This document shows, piece by piece, positions 1-13,483 of a DNA stretch of 64,000 bases. The translations under genes were made by a program, and so were the position numbers. The stretch lies in the NCBI GenBank assembly GCA_964106645.2, contig OZ067038.1; one strand, given 5' to 3'. The stretch is from Podarcis pityusensis. Taxonomy: Eukaryota. Under the pieces are notes generated by a model. The model did not search any database. It was not told where the DNA came from and saw only the letters and a program-made list of their open reading frames with translations. Numbering within the stretch: position 1 is the stretch's first letter; the number at the start of each line of letters is the position of its first letter.

Positions 1-430
1 GATAAAAATGAATATTCCCTTTCATCTAGAATGAAGTACTAATAATAGCAGACTAGCAGTTATTGAAAGCTGTACGTGAAGGCAGTGGGTATGACATGTT
101 GTGCCTTAAGTCCCATGCTTGATAGCTATTCCCTTTAAAGGCATCCCGTTAAATCCCTTTGATGGGTGTGATGGAATGGCATGCATTACGATTTGTATGT
201 ATACACCATTCCTACCTATGTTAATCTGGGCCCTGCTAGGCCTGCAGAGCCCTGGTTGAAGGAGCTAATTCGCATTGGTGCAATGACCAGGAATTGGCAT
301 CATATGACTTAGCATTGTTTGGATCCCAAGATTAACAACCTAGACATTTCTTTGCCATGCATTTAGAATTACATGTCCACCAAACTATCCTGAAAGGTAC
401 TTTTTTGCAGCTAATTTCATAGACTTCCGG

Positions 431-580
431 AATCATAGAATTGTAGAGTTGGAAGGGACCCTGAGAATCAACTAGTCCAACTCCCTGCAATGCAGGAATA
501 TGCAGCTGTCCCATATGGGGATTGAACCTGCAACCTTGGTGTTATCAGCACCATGCTCTAACCAGCTGAACTATTCAGGC
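431..580 (-). mobile_element. tRNA-Ile-derived SINE with CR1-type 3' tail
   Basis: Minus strand reads TAGTTCAGCTGGTTAGAGCATGGTGCTGATAACACCAAGGTTGCAGGTTCAATCCCC (A and B boxes, tRNA-Ile-like), followed by a CR1-like tail ending ...CCCTTCCAACTCTACAATTCTATGATTC. Confidence 0.75.
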
Positions 581-1234
581 TTTCCAATTTATTTTCGTTG
601 TTTCTTTTTCCACTCTTGATTTTGCTTTTTCCTCTTATTCCATCTCAGCAAGTTCTTAAGGAGCCTTGAGAATTATAAACAGTGCATCCTGCACCAAAAC
701 TGTCAAAATGTCTCTGTTCAGCAGGTCCATTAATTCAATCCTAAAGGAGAGTCCAAGGAAAGATGGGAGCCAATGGGTAGTTGAATCTTCTTTAGCTGAT
801 ATCATGGCTTCAAAGGTCTACCTTGCCCTGTTTATAATAGCTGTGCTCTCTAAACCAACATTGCTTCTTCCTTCCTTGGCCTTCTTGAAGACTGGTGACA
901 TTTGTCCAAAAGTCACTAGTAGTTCAACTACTGCAGTGGCTAGAGTACAGAGGCCCTTGTAATGTACATTTATAGAAGGATTGTTTTATTTTTAGAAACA
1001 CACAGAACTTTTGACCTAAGAATTAAAATTCCAGAAACATGGGAATCAGAGCTAGAAAAACAGAAGTTGACATCCACTGAGATCCTCACAGCAGGACAAC
1101 AGTCATATTGTCCTACAGTGATGAGTTTATTATTCAAGAATACAGTCGTCACAACTGAATGAAATGCTGCAATCTGTAATGCATTATCAAAATCTGATGA
1201 CGTTCTTGGGGAACAAAAGGTGATGATACTACAT

Positions 1235-1535
1235 CAGGGGTCAGCAAGGTTTATCTTGCCTGGGCCAGTCCCATGGAAATTCCTCCGTGGGCTGGATCAT
1301 GTGTGTGCATGAATGTGCACGCCTGCAATTTTCGGCATCTGTGCAGATACGATTTTCGGTGTCTTCGTGTGCGCAGACATGATTTTCGGCACCGCGGAAG
1401 CGAGTCCCTGCTCCACGCTGTGTCTGTTTAGCACAACACGTGAGTGGGCGGCTCGGTTTGGGGGCGGCTCATGGGCCGGTAAAACGACCTCTGCAGGCCG
1501 CTTCCAGCCCATGGACCTTAGGTTGGTGACCCCTG
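1235..1535. mobile_element. Non-autonomous hAT DNA transposon (MITE)
   Basis: TIRs CAGGGGTCAGCAA...TTGGTGACCCCTG. Perfect 8-bp TSD TACTACAT at 1227-1234 and 1536-1543. Internal short repeats of GATTTTCGG...GCAGA. Confidence 0.9.
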
Positions 1536-4235
1536 TACTACATAATGCAACTCTTCATCCTGTGACCAAACATGTTTTCTGCATGCTGCACAGCTTCGTC
1601 CATTTCTGAGTTCAGAAGCTCATGCTGTGAGGCTCCCATTATTTTCCATAGGAGATTATTTTAAAGACAAATTGAACTTGCGTTACTTCCAGCATCATGT
1701 TTTGTTTTCAAGCCTTAGATGGCTTAGACATCAAAGGGAAGGAATGGGCTGAAGAACTGCCTTTTAACTGAAATCCAGACTATACCTTCCCCAGGAGATA
1801 CCATAATTTTTAAAAGACTTCAAAGCAGCCACAGGATCCAATTTGGATTGGAGCCATGGCAATGGAGGAGAGGGTTAACCCTTCCTCCTCATATCATTTC
1901 CCCAATCAAAATCCACACCGCTCAACCCCAAAGCTGCTATAAACTGCCTCAGAGAAATCCTCCCCAAAGCAGAAGGGATTACATTTTTTTCACCCTGCCA
2001 CTAATAGTAATTCCACTGCATTCAACTACAACAGTCAGTCTAGTTATTTCAACCCCGAGGCACACTCTATTGTTTCTTGAGAGAGATGGATAACAACTAA
2101 CTACATAAAAAACTTGATCTGCCACTCCCATTATATGAACCCTAAGCATGCTAGGAAAACACATCCCTGAATCATGCCAAGTTTCTGCGAAACAAAGGCA
2201 TTCACTAAGTATCCTGCTGTGAACATAGATCTTCCATCGCTTGTGCTTTGAACAGAAATTTCTGAAATAAGCATGGATCTGATGAGCCCATTTACCAATG
2301 CTGGTCTCAGAGTTGTCATGCCTAGGCAAGTGATAGCACGAATGATGGCTGGTCAGTTCCAGGCTATGTATTTAGATGGAACCACCTTCAGTTCGGTTTT
2401 ACAGAGAAACTCCTTTGGTTGGCTGGTGCATGAACTGCACTGAGAAATAGGGCATGTGACTCTGCTGATTCTCCCAGATGTTTCAGTCACCTTTAATATG
2501 TTTCTACACCACCAGTCAGGGTTGGTGACTGGAAACCCTCCAACAAGTACTTCCTGCCTAACCAGGGAATTGCAGGAGATGGTGCTGGAAGGATGACTGC
2601 TCCACACCTTAGGAATTATCTCATGGGGTGCTGCAGAGATTCCTCTTACACTCTGTGCTACTTAACATCTACGTGACGCTGACGGGAGAGATTGTATAGA
2701 GATTTGGGTCAGGAATCTACCACGTGCTGATGACACTCAATAGTATCTTGATCTTCTGATGTAGCTGTGGGTCCCTGAATGTTTGTGTGTTCCTCTGCTT
2801 TGAGATGTCTGGGTGATGAGACCTAGATCTTGGACCTCAGCTGTGGCACTCAACTGGGAATTGAAACTCTGTCAGGTGTCAACCACAATGCCCAGAATTA
2901 TTTGAGAGAAATGATGTGCTTTAAAGGTATAGTGGGTACACAGTCTTGGATGGTGGTATTTGGGTAAGATTCCAGGGACTATTACGCAAAGATGACCTTT
3001 ACAATTATACTGTATAACTTCTCAGTTGGATACAGTTAAAATTACATATAATGGACTGACTGGAACAACCCCTTAAGTTAGAAAGGCTGAAGGCCTTAAA
3101 AAAAATAAATCAAATCAAATCATTGGCTGCATCATTGAATCTTCCATGTCTCATAACTCAAGCTTGCTGCTACATTGAAGACATAGCAAATATGAAACTG
3201 TGAGTGACGTAAGAAAGACACAGCCACAGACAGGTTGCAAACCAGCATGTTGCGCATTCTTGGCTAACTTATTAATATGCATTTTGGCCCACTTTTAATA
3301 TTAGGCAATAGACAATCTGTGTACATCTGAAATGCATTGGGCATGCATTTGTGAGTTCCATGCTTCTAGACCAAAAAAGAGGAAGAACATGCACTGGACC
3401 CTTAACACAGAGAGTAGGAATATTGTCTAAGAGGCAATGGATAGTGCCCCAAGCCTCCTGCTTCCGCATGTTGAAATTATGGCTGCTTTGCAAGAATGCT
3501 GCATTTAGGATTTCACCTTCCTCTCCCTCAAAGTAAAGAGAGGGCGCTTCTAGACTTACTATTTTGGGGTGGGTTTCAATCACATACTTGCACATTAGGG
3601 TCCCACAATTGCCATGGATATGGAGGTCCTGTGCTATAATAGGAATGCATTGATAGTCAGTTGTCACAGTTGTGTATGAAGGCTTTATGCACACTCCTTG
3701 CGTTTACTCTTTCAGAAGGGTAGCATTTGCTGTTTCTTTGCAAACTAACAAAAAGTTTGAAAAGTGCGGTATTAAAAACATCACTGCAAAGTCCAACCAC
3801 AAATTTGCTCGCACGACCCAACGAGGAAGAATCTCTTTTGTAACTGAAAATGCACCAGGTACACATTTATCTGGGAAAGAGATCAATAACTAGCTCAAGT
3901 GTTCTAGCTAAATTAATTGGAATGTGGGATCAGATGTGATGATTGCTGCACAATAAGTCTCTCTTGGAAGGCCAAAGAAGCCTGTTGTTGGCTGATAAAG
4001 ACAGCTTGCTTATAACATGCACAGCAGTCTAAAGAAGAGGATCAGACTTAGAAAGACCACAAAGATTTTTTCCATATGGGAAAGTAATCTTTCAAATCAG
4101 GGGAATTAAAAACTTTAATAAGCCAGGAAAATGCCAGGAACCAAACCTGGTACTTTATGCAGGCAAAGCATGCATTCTTATCACTAAGGCCCTTCCCTGC
4201 AACAAAGGACAGCAAAATAAAAATAGGCTTCCTTT

Positions 4236-4330
4236 AGGCTGTGTACACATACATTTAAAGCACACTGCTTCCCCCAAGGAATCCTAGGAACTGTAGTTTG
4301 CCCCTCACAGAGCTGAAATTATCAGCACTT
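4236..4330. mobile_element. Partial palindromic MITE (family also at 34295-34490, ~2880-2945, ~40895-40955)
   Basis: Shared motif AGGCTG..ACAC..TACATTTAAAGCAC...CCCCAAGGAATCCT.GGAACTGTAGTT..CCCCTCACAGAG among the copies. Confidence 0.5.
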
Positions 4331-5624
4331 TTTAAAAAAAGGATGAACAGAAGGTAAAATAAATTGAGAAGAGATAAGGGACCAACCTAATGATGATGGT
4401 GGAGTGAAAAGAAAAACAGGAGAGAAGAAGCAGGTTTTGAAGGATAGACCTCTGAAAACATATATTCTGCTGCAGTCTAGTAATCCTACTATTGCATCCT
4501 GGCTATAATATTACCAGTTCTCCGTTACAGTCAAGTATAAATTCTGGTGACCTGTAAGAACCTCCACAGAATCACCAGTATTGGATTCCAAAGATTTTTT
4601 TTTATCCCGAAATACAGTTCCTATAGATAAAATCATAACATCAGAAATGTACTACTTGTCTTTGTAACTCAGACAATCCTTTAAAACCCAATTAGCTGCC
4701 TCTTCCAACCCACATACTTCATGTAGGCCAGAGGCAGTACCTGACATGCCAAGCAAATTATATGGAAGAATCAGAAGCAAACCAATTTATCTCACCTGTC
4801 CCTGTTGACCAAAAATCTGGATACTTCCCAAATTTGGGGAAAATGAATACATCTTCCTACCAAGTGGCACCTGTTCTCCCAATGTCTTTGCTGTTTACTC
4901 TTAAGCGTAACCTAACACTTAGCTTTCTGAGAAGACACGACATGTTCCACTGTGCAATTGTTCTTAAAAGTAAGAAGTGCTTCATCTGGTCCTCTGCTGT
5001 AACTTGAAGCAAGTGCTTCTGATTCTTCTTGGTAAATGATGGCTCTTCCCGGTCCCTATGGCAGCTTTCTTTGATACAATTGTTATCGTTAGTCATCAGA
5101 AAGCCATGGTGTGAGAAATCGCCTCAGCTTCTTGCCACAACTATTACTATATCACCATGAAAACCTTTGAATTGAAGGGCCAGTTATAGATACAATTCAC
5201 TGAAAATAATAATTGAAAATAATAGGCACCGCTTTTTGAATGTGAGATAATTTAAGAAATTAATAAATGAAAATAAATACTGCTTCTTGGAAAGAAAGAC
5301 CATCTTAAAGACCACCTGAAGCCTCAGTCTATACAAACACTCACCTGGGAGTACATTCCATGGAATTAAATGGGACTTATTTCTGACATGCATTAGATTG
5401 CACTGCAAGAGTAGTTTTTATTCCATTAGCAAACCAGTGACCAAATTGTGTCAAAAAAGAATGTTTTACTCCTTATGATTATTGGGAATGATCCAGCTTT
5501 TAAAGATGAATTGGAATGCATTTCAACTGCCACGGTCTTAGTTTCTTAGTTCCGGAATGAAAGCCATAGCAGTTTCACTCTGAAATTTGAAATTCATCTA
5601 CAATCTGTATACTCGCCCCACTTT

Positions 5625-5890
5625 TGATCCTCAGCAGCTGGTATTTGGAGGCTTACAGCCAATGGAGGTATGACATAGCTATCGTGGCTTGATAGCCTAT
5701 ACCTGTACAGTACTCCATTAGCCTTATCCTCTTTTAAGACCATCTAAATTTGTGGCAATCAATACAGTACATATTGTGGGAATTAACTCCGAAAGGTAAT
5801 ATGGGTTGTGTGAAGAAGTACTTTATTTTGTTATGAAGAGGGAGAGAAAAACTTCTCCCAATCCACTTTCTCTACACCATGCATAATTAG
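5625..5890 (-). mobile_element. Old CR1 LINE 3' fragment
   Basis: Degenerate CR1 3' region (CCATCTAAATTTGTGGCAATC...TGTGTGAAGAAGTACTTT...ATCCACTTTCTCTACACCATGCATAATT). Confidence 0.45.
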
Positions 5891-5909
5891 CCGCACGTGA
5901 TTCTATGAT

Positions 5910-6105
5910 TCCTGACAGTAAGAGCTGTTCGACAGTGGAATTTGCTGCCAAGGAGTGTGGTGGAGTCTCCTTCTTTGGAGGTCTTTAAGCAGAGGCTTGA
6001 CAACCATATGTCAGGAGTGCTCTGATGGTGTTTCCTGCTTGGCAGGGGGTTGGACTCGATGGCCCTTGTGGTCTCTTCCAACTCTATGATTCTATGATTC
6101 TATGA
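5910..6105 (+). mobile_element. 5'-truncated young CR1 LINE 3' end
   Basis: End of CR1 ORF2 (TTCCTGACAGTAAGAGCTGTTCGACAGTGGAA...) and terminal (ATTCTATG)n octamer repeats at ~6084-6105. Confidence 0.9.
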
Positions 6106-6319
6106 AGGGGATTTAAGGTTTACTTGATTTTTTCTCCTAATTAAATCATGTCATCATAAATATCACTTAGTCTTCAAGTAACTTGATCTCTACATTAGCA
6201 ATGCAACCCTATATATGTCTACTCAGAAGTTCAGTGGGGTTTACTCCTAGACAACCATTTCCAGAGTGATAGCAGCAAAAGTAGCAAAGAATTGTGTGGC
6301 ACTTCAGAATCTTACTACA

Positions 6320-6580
6320 GGCTCATCCACACTTCCCTTTGTCCTGGAATTGCTTCCATTTGTTCTGTGATTTCTAGACATGGGTCCAAAAGGGGTTTAT
6401 TTTGTCCCACCACTTTCCCAGGAAAACCCGCTGCTTACTGCTGAATCAGAATAAATGTCAATCTGCAGAAAACCCAATTGACGTTTGTTCCAGTTCAGCA
6501 GTAAGCAGCAGGTTCTCCCAGGGAAGATGGTCAGAGAAAAGAAAAACCTCTCATTGGACAATGGAAGTGTATATGTGCCC
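6320..6580. mobile_element. Palindromic MITE (related to 54136-54451)
   Basis: Inverted termini GGCTCATCCACACTTCC...GGAAGTGTATATGTGCCC with imperfect internal self-complementarity. Confidence 0.55.
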
Positions 6581-7709
6581 AATTTTGCAGAACAGGTTTT
6601 CATGGACAAGAGTTCCCCTCATCAGATGCAGAACTCTTGCCGAGTGCTACTCAAGCTATCTGATGTGTTCAACTGGCAATTCCTGTCCCCCAGTGTGCCA
6701 GGGACTGGCGCCTTACTTGGTCCCTGAAGTGTCCCATCCAACCTGGACTGCAGTGGAGCCACTGTGGACCAGCAGCCAATGGCTTGTGGACTTGCCATTG
6801 TGGATTTTGAGTATACTTCCAGTCCATGAAAGCTTATGTCCAACAACATCTAATATCAAGCCATTCATTTCCAAACAATAATTCAAGAATACAGTCTCGT
6901 CAATTTACAAGGAATGTGATGCAGAACATCTGACTGACCTTTGAAAAGACAGAAGACTGCTATTGCTAGTGGTGATGTGTTTGAGATTATTCCGTGGTCA
7001 GCTTTAAACTTAATTATCTTCTGCCTTGCTGGTCTCTAGAAAGGGAGATCAACAAAATGGCTTGGGTTGCTTGGATTCAACACAGATAATGGTAATTTCA
7101 TCACTTACTTGGCACCTGGATTATGGAAGCACTGGACTAGGTAATGCCGATGGTACTTTTGCCTCATCTTTTTGCCTTGTTGTCTCACTGTTCATCATCC
7201 CGAAAATTCAACTCACTGATGGAAATGCACCAGTGATGCACCTTACTAAATGCTAGCCAAACTCAATTATTGACAGTATATGGAGAACACTGCCAGGTGT
7301 GTCCAAGTGTAAACATGGGAAAATATCAGGTGTTCAACTGATTAAATTATCAAGGGCACATTGCTAGCCTTAAATAATCAGAAATTATATAAAGAAAACA
7401 AATACAGGAGGTTGAGACATTAAAAGCTTGCGTGGCTATGTAGACTCAGCTTCGTTTCCTTCCATGCATATTTATGTGAGAAGCAGCATGTCTATCTGTG
7501 CCAAAGAGTCTTCATTCCTCTGATTTTTACTCAGAAGTGTAGGTGAGTGGTGTTCAACCCAGGGATCAGATCTGAAACCTGGAGATGCTTATTGAGCCAG
7601 GGTTGTCACCAGAAGATCAGGTAGCCTCTGTGGCTTGAAGTACCTTTTGGCCTGGCCATTCCCAAATTGGCTTTGCCTGATAAACCAACTGCGACCATTT
7701 GGGAATGGC

Positions 7710-8040
7710 CAGGCCATAGTTACCCATGCTCTGATAACAACCTCTTTGGACATTTGCAATGAGTTACATGTAAGGTTACCTTTGAAAATGGCTGCAAGAT
7801 TGCTACCTCAGAGTGAGCATTTCAGTCATATTACACCAGTGCTTAGTCAGATGTTATGGCTCCAAGTCCACTTCTGGACCCATTTTAAAAACTTGGCCTT
7901 AAAAGCCCTAAAGAGGGTAAGACCATCTTCTACCACAAAAACCAGCCAAATTGTAATATTTTCTTCAGAAGCCCTACTCCAATGAGCCCCATCAAGCATA
8001 GTGAGGTGAATGGCCATGGCCATTATTAGAGGTACTCCAG
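7710..8040 (+). mobile_element. Degenerate L2 LINE ORF2 3' fragment
   Basis: Translates to L2-like motifs VTHALITTSLDICNEL...LPLK and HITPVLSQMLWLQV. Confidence 0.6.
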
Positions 8041-8584
8041 AGGGCCCTTGCCTCAGGTTTTTCACCACTGGACTCTGAATATCCTATGCCTTCCTCCTAC
8101 CTTAAAAGAAACACAAAACTTTTATAAACTTGTTTACAGGACAGCTGAGTGCACTGCAAATCACAGTGCTGATGGGACACCCACCATCTTTATTTGCAGA
8201 AATCTCAATTCACAACCTGGGTACTAGGCCTGGAAATTTTACATCCAAGTGTGGAACTAGACCACTACAAGTAACTCTGGCGCAGTGTTTCCCACTTTGT
8301 AGCTTAACTTTATTTTAGGAAAGTAGGACTCTAGGAAGTTTTTATGGAGCCAGGTCATTGGCCTATCTAACCCTGACTGATAGCAGCTATCCAAGGTTTG
8401 GGACCTTAGGTAGATTCCTGGTCCTACCTTTGTTGAGTTTTGAATCAGGGGCCTTCTGCATGCAACACAAAAGCTATGACCCTTCCTCGGTGTGAAACAT
8501 TGCTTATCCCCCCCCAACCCTGAAAATTAAGTTCAGAGCTGAAAACTAACTGCACCAGTGAATGTTACTGGTAAGTGAGGGATT

Positions 8585-8939
8585 ATCCAGTATACCTGAA
8601 GGAGCTTCTCCACCCCCATCATTCTGCCCAGACACTGAGGTTCAGTGCCAAGGGCCTTCTGGCGGTTCCCTCACTGCGAGAAGCGAAGTTACAGGGAACC
8701 AGGTAGAGGACTTTCTCAGTAGTGGCGCCTGCCCTGTGGAACGCCCTCCCACCAGATGTCAAAGGAAAAAACTACCAGACTTTTAGAAGACATCTGAAGG
8801 CAGCCCTGTTTAGGGAAGCTGTTAATATCTTAAGTACTATTGTATTTTAATATTTTGTTGGAAGCCGTCCAGAGTGGCTGGGGAAACCCAGCCAGATGGG
8901 CAGGGTATAAATAACTAATTATTATATATTATTATTATT
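8585..8939 (+). mobile_element. L2 LINE 3' end (young squamate family)
   Basis: GCCCTGTGGAACGCCCTCCC...GAAGCCG.CCAGAGTGGCTGGGGAAACCCAGCCAGATGGG.GGGTATAAATAA followed by an AT-rich microsatellite tail. Confidence 0.85.
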
Positions 8940-9149
8940 CCAACCTAGAAGCCAAAAAAGGAAAATCCAGAGAAGGCAGCTGCTCAAGAGCTATAATCAG
9001 TGTGGAAGAGCAACAAAGACCTATTCTACATGGCTTTTCATAGTTCTGGTGTGTATCTATCTGACAAGAACATCTAGTGGATTACACACACAAAAGGACT
9101 TATGCCAGGAATGCGATGCTATTGCAAAACAATCAAATGCCATCTTGAG

Positions 9150-9400
9150 GCTGCAATCATAGAATCGGCCGCAGCATCTTAGTGAAACAAGAAGTGATGG
9201 TGCTTCTTTGCTTTGCATTGTTCAGACCACCGCAGGAGAACTTTGTCCTTTCAAGTTGGGTCCTGTGTTTGCTAAAGATACGGGCCACCTGAAGAAGATC
9301 CAGAGGAAAGCAATGAAGAGGCAAAGAGGATTAGAGCTGCGATTAAAGGTTCAAGGATCTATCTATCTTTAGCCTAGTGTGACATAGCTGCCATCATATA
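9150..9400 (+). mobile_element. Old CR1 RT C-terminal fragment
   Basis: Degenerate match to the CR1 motif ALVRPHLEYCVQFW...LERVQRRAT. Confidence 0.4.
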
Positions 9401-9747
9401 TCACAAGAACTGCTCTTGCAATATATACCAGTGGCTTTATATTATTTGCAGATTATAATACTATTTGAACTATTTGTGGTTTGTTATGGGGGGGTAGCAG
9501 TTATTCCTTGTTTCCCAATGCAGTATACACTTCAACTTTAAAAAAAAAAAAACTGAAAAAGGAAGAACTATATGTTTATTTGTGGTTGAAAGGACCTATA
9601 CTGGCTAGGTTTAAAAATCCTGGTCACCTCCACCTCTTGTGTGTAAACCACAGAAACTACCACCCCTGGTGTTGTTAAAGGAGGTTGGCTGCTGCTATGT
9701 ACCGGTATGTATGTACAATTTCCTTTACAGGAACCCTGTCCTACACA

Positions 9748-9880
9748 AGGTGCTAAGGTAAGGAATGTGTGGCCCTCCAGATATTTGCTGAATTGAAACT
9801 CCCCGCATTCCTTGCCACTGGCCATGCTGAATGGGACTGATGGGAATTAGAGTCCAATAGTATTCGAAGGGCCACTGGTA
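9748..9880. mobile_element. Short palindromic hAT-type MITE
   Basis: GTGGCCCTCCAGAT...ACTCCC...GGGAATT..AGTCC...GAAGGGCCAC inverted structure. Similar elements at 51466-52499 and 60800-60870. Confidence 0.5.
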
Positions 9881-11859
9881 AACCACCATGGGGTAAGTTA
9901 TCCGTCACATAGTCTTGTCCATCTGGGTGCATGTGGAGAACTGTTGTGTTGTAATGGCTAGAGTGCCAGTTTAAGGCCAATGAGACCCACCTCTCCACAC
10001 TTGTGCCAGTCACCATCTTGCAGCCACTGTTGTGAGGATGAAATGGGAATGGAAAGGACCATGTGGGCCACACCTGAACCCCCATGGAGGAAGGTCAGGA
10101 TAAATGGAATCAATAAACAAGTGTATGTGCAGAGTAGCTGCATCTTCCCTCTTGCTCAGATATTTAACGGCTAGAGACCTAAGGTAGGAAACTAAAATCT
10201 GATGAACACTTGTGTACACTGGCAATATTTTCTAAAGGCATTCCAAAAATATTGCTCCCCCGCTGCAAGGGACAAGAGAGATAAAATAAGCAGAGTGGTC
10301 TACTAGGAGCAGGGTCAGAAAATAGGAACTATCTCTGGTGAACATGGACTGGTGGGGCATGTTGGTTATGCTCATCCAAGTTCTCTTGAGTGCTGATATG
10401 TTCTATGGATGCAGCATTAACCCCACCTTGATTTCCTTTGGAAGGAGGCCACTGGAGGCTTCTTGGTGTTTTGTAATATCTGCATTTATTTCTAAATATA
10501 CAAGCTGAGCATAGATGGAGGCACAGCCTAAACAACAGGCAGCCCAAGTCCAGTGTTTCCCACATTAGATCTCCAACACCCTAAGATGCTTCCAGCATCC
10601 AAACTCAATTCTCTGTTTGTTTCCCTCTGTCTCACTCAAACTACAGTTTGTTGTTCAGCTAAGGCACCTAAGACCTCTGCCTGGCTAGATTGTGTATGCG
10701 GGGGGTTTTTTCAGGGGTGTCTCTGCAGATTAGTTATCTTTTCTGACCATCACCTAGCCTTTTTAGCTTCCATGGAGACAGAACACTGGGGCAGCATAGG
10801 CTATCAACACTCCTCGGTCAAGCCCAGTATTGCCTCATACCAATAGCCCTACTTACAGAAACTGATAGGAGACCCACAGCAAACTGAATTAGTATTTGGT
10901 AGCTATGCATGAACTGTGTTTCAGGGAAATTTACCTGCTGTTACTAATCTCCTTTGATAAGCTTCCAAGCAACACCAGGGCTTCCCCGAATGCAGTTTGA
11001 AAACAACAGACACCTTAAAATTGAATTAGTGGTTGAGATGCAACCTAGACCGCAGCTCATAAAGTCATATATTCTTGCCACGCAGAAAGGCTTCTGATGG
11101 CAGGGGAGCTATGAGCCTGCAGCCACCTGCCAGAGTTTCATTTATTAGTCCTCTAATTGACAAGAGTTTATGGGTGAAAATCCCAAGCATTGCTACTGGG
11201 ACTGATCATAGTTTGGGTTGATTCCGGATATGAATAATTTGGCAGCACTCAATCATTACTGTTTTTTCTTTATGCAGGAAATGGAATAGCAGCTGTGCTC
11301 CAAGACTTCTAACACTCTGTAGTCAAGTGGGCAAGTCCCCTTTCCTCCGCCCCCCATTGTAGGAGGGAGTGGTATTCATTAGGACTGTTGTGTATAGTGA
11401 GGAAAGGGTTAAATACTCCGTTGTCTTCACAGCATTCCCGATCATGGTTGTCCCTTTCTACAATGGGGAGGGTATAGAAGCAATGCTATTTGGAAAGGAA
11501 AGAGTTAAAGCTTGAAGAAAGCTTCCACTTGGTTCCAATGAGAGAACATTTTCAAGCTAAATTGATTTCATGTTATTATTATTGAATTTGTATCCCACCC
11601 TTCCTCCAAAGGAGCCTAGGGTGGCAAGCATATCAATACTAAAACAATATAATGAAAATGTCTAAGAAGAGGAGATTGCTGCTGTTGTCTAAATTGCCAT
11701 GCAGGGCAGGGGACGTTTTTGCAGCTGAGAAGGGAAGTGTTAATCCTCCCCTCAAGAATGCATGTGCTTTAAAAAATGCAGATATGTAGGAATGTGTGTG
11801 TTTGTGTACAAATGACTGTGGGGGGGGGAGCTTCGCCCACATTTTTCATTAGCCCCAGC

Positions 11860-12005
11860 CAGTGCTTTTTTCTGGGGGGACCCAGGGGGAAGCATACCCC
11901 TAAACATTTTGTGAATCTAAGTTTGGCCTCATTGAGAGGCAGTATTTCAATACTGAGTAGGAAAATGAGAGTACCCCTAAACATTTTTTCAGAAAAAAAG
12001 CACTG
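11860..12005. mobile_element. hAT-type MITE
   Basis: TIRs CAGTGCTTTTTTCT / AGAAAAAAAGCACTG. Imperfect 8-bp TSD GCCCCAGC / GCCCTAGT. Confidence 0.75.
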
Positions 12006-13185
12006 GCCCTAGTCACCACTGGCACGCATGTCATAAAGCCTTTGTCTCACTGCCCCACAGTCTGGCAGGTGAGGTGGCTCTCAGTTTAATCCCAACTGCA
12101 TTTTGTGTGTCTCAGTAAAACAGCCTCTCTGCTTTCTCCTAAATATTTATCTGCGAGAGTTCGTGCTGTTAGACCCAGGAATGTCCTGTGATGGAAGAGG
12201 GATATGGAGCTGGGCCCAGCATTTTTTCCCCTTCTTCTTCTGGCAGATTACTTCCAAATAAAACATTTGCAGACATAAATATTAGAGAATTGGGAAAGGG
12301 AGCCACATCTGTCATCTGCTATACCCAGTTCAGTTTAAAACTCCGAATTATAGAGAGGATTTAAAATAAAAATGAAACAAAAAACAAGAAGCCTGCAAGC
12401 TCCAACACAAGCTCAGATCCGCCAGAAAGATGAATGTGAATCACCAAGTAGAAACATGCTACCTTTTATGGAAGAAAATTTTGCTGTGGTTGGCCTTGTT
12501 GAAATGGTTTTTTAAAAAAGAAAAGAAAAGAACAACAACTCATATTAGGCCTTTGCCCCATTGTTAGTGAGCTGGTGGAAAGGTCTCTGGTTGCAAATTA
12601 CCATAGCGTTGCGTTTCCGTCTTCGACCAAAACCACAGTAATGTATGGTGAAGGCTTTCATAGTAGTGCTGGGATTTTCTTTAGATTAAAAAATAACAAG
12701 AAAAACTGAAGGAAAAAATTGCCTTGGTAACTTTCAGTTCTGTTTGAAATCACCCTAGCTCATGCTTTTGGTGCTCAGTTTTCAGGCTGAAAGTAGTAGC
12801 TCTAAAGAGATTTGGGTTGTTGTTCGGGTTGTTGCTATTGTTTATCGGAGACTGGATGCTTCTGAGTCATCGGTTTAAATACTGGACAATGGAAAATAAC
12901 ACTGTTATCATTCACTCAAGCAGTATGTCAGCTGTGAAAATGCAGTGCCCTATGAGAGCTCATCCACTGGACCCATATTTTGATGGTATTATGTACTGAT
13001 TAATTCCACTCGGTCTGAGAGCTTTGCTTGTTGTTCCAGACTTACCCACTTAAGGGTGGCACCTCAGAAATAAACAGGGTTCACTCAAAACGGCATTAAT
13101 GCAGAAGGGCACCCCTTCCTTTGGTGTTGTCCTCTTTGGGGCAGACATTTCTGGTGTCTCACCACCTGCATCAGGCCTGGGAGAA

Positions 13186-13483
13186 TGTTATGTACTGAGT
13201 TGAATAGGATCCAAAATGCAGCAGTCTGATTGGTCCTAGAACAATAGGCTCCAGAATGCAGCAGTCTAATTTGTCCACAGGAGCCACCCAATCCAGCTCC
13301 AGGTGGAAGTGAATCCGCGACCTGATTGGCCTACAGGAGAATCCCAGAATTAGCCAATCACGTGGGGCCCATTGTGTAAATAATGTATATAAAGCAGACA
13401 TTCTGGGGGGACTTCCATTCCTCCTCACCACTATGAGCTGAATAAAGAGCATGAAATCCACTCTCGACTCTGAGTATATTTCA
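13186..13483 (+). mobile_element. Solo LTR of the same Gypsy family as 25673-30544
   Basis: TGTTATGTACTGAGTTGAATAGG...GAGTATATTTCA, colinear with the full-length LTRs. Perfect 5-bp TSD GAGAA (13181-13185 and 13484-13488). Confidence 0.95.

Noticed and set aside
510-580. Functional tRNA genes (also ~42020, 42700, 60965, 61690)
   Set aside because: Acceptor stems are degenerate and the sequences are fused to SINE bodies or tails, so they are SINE heads.
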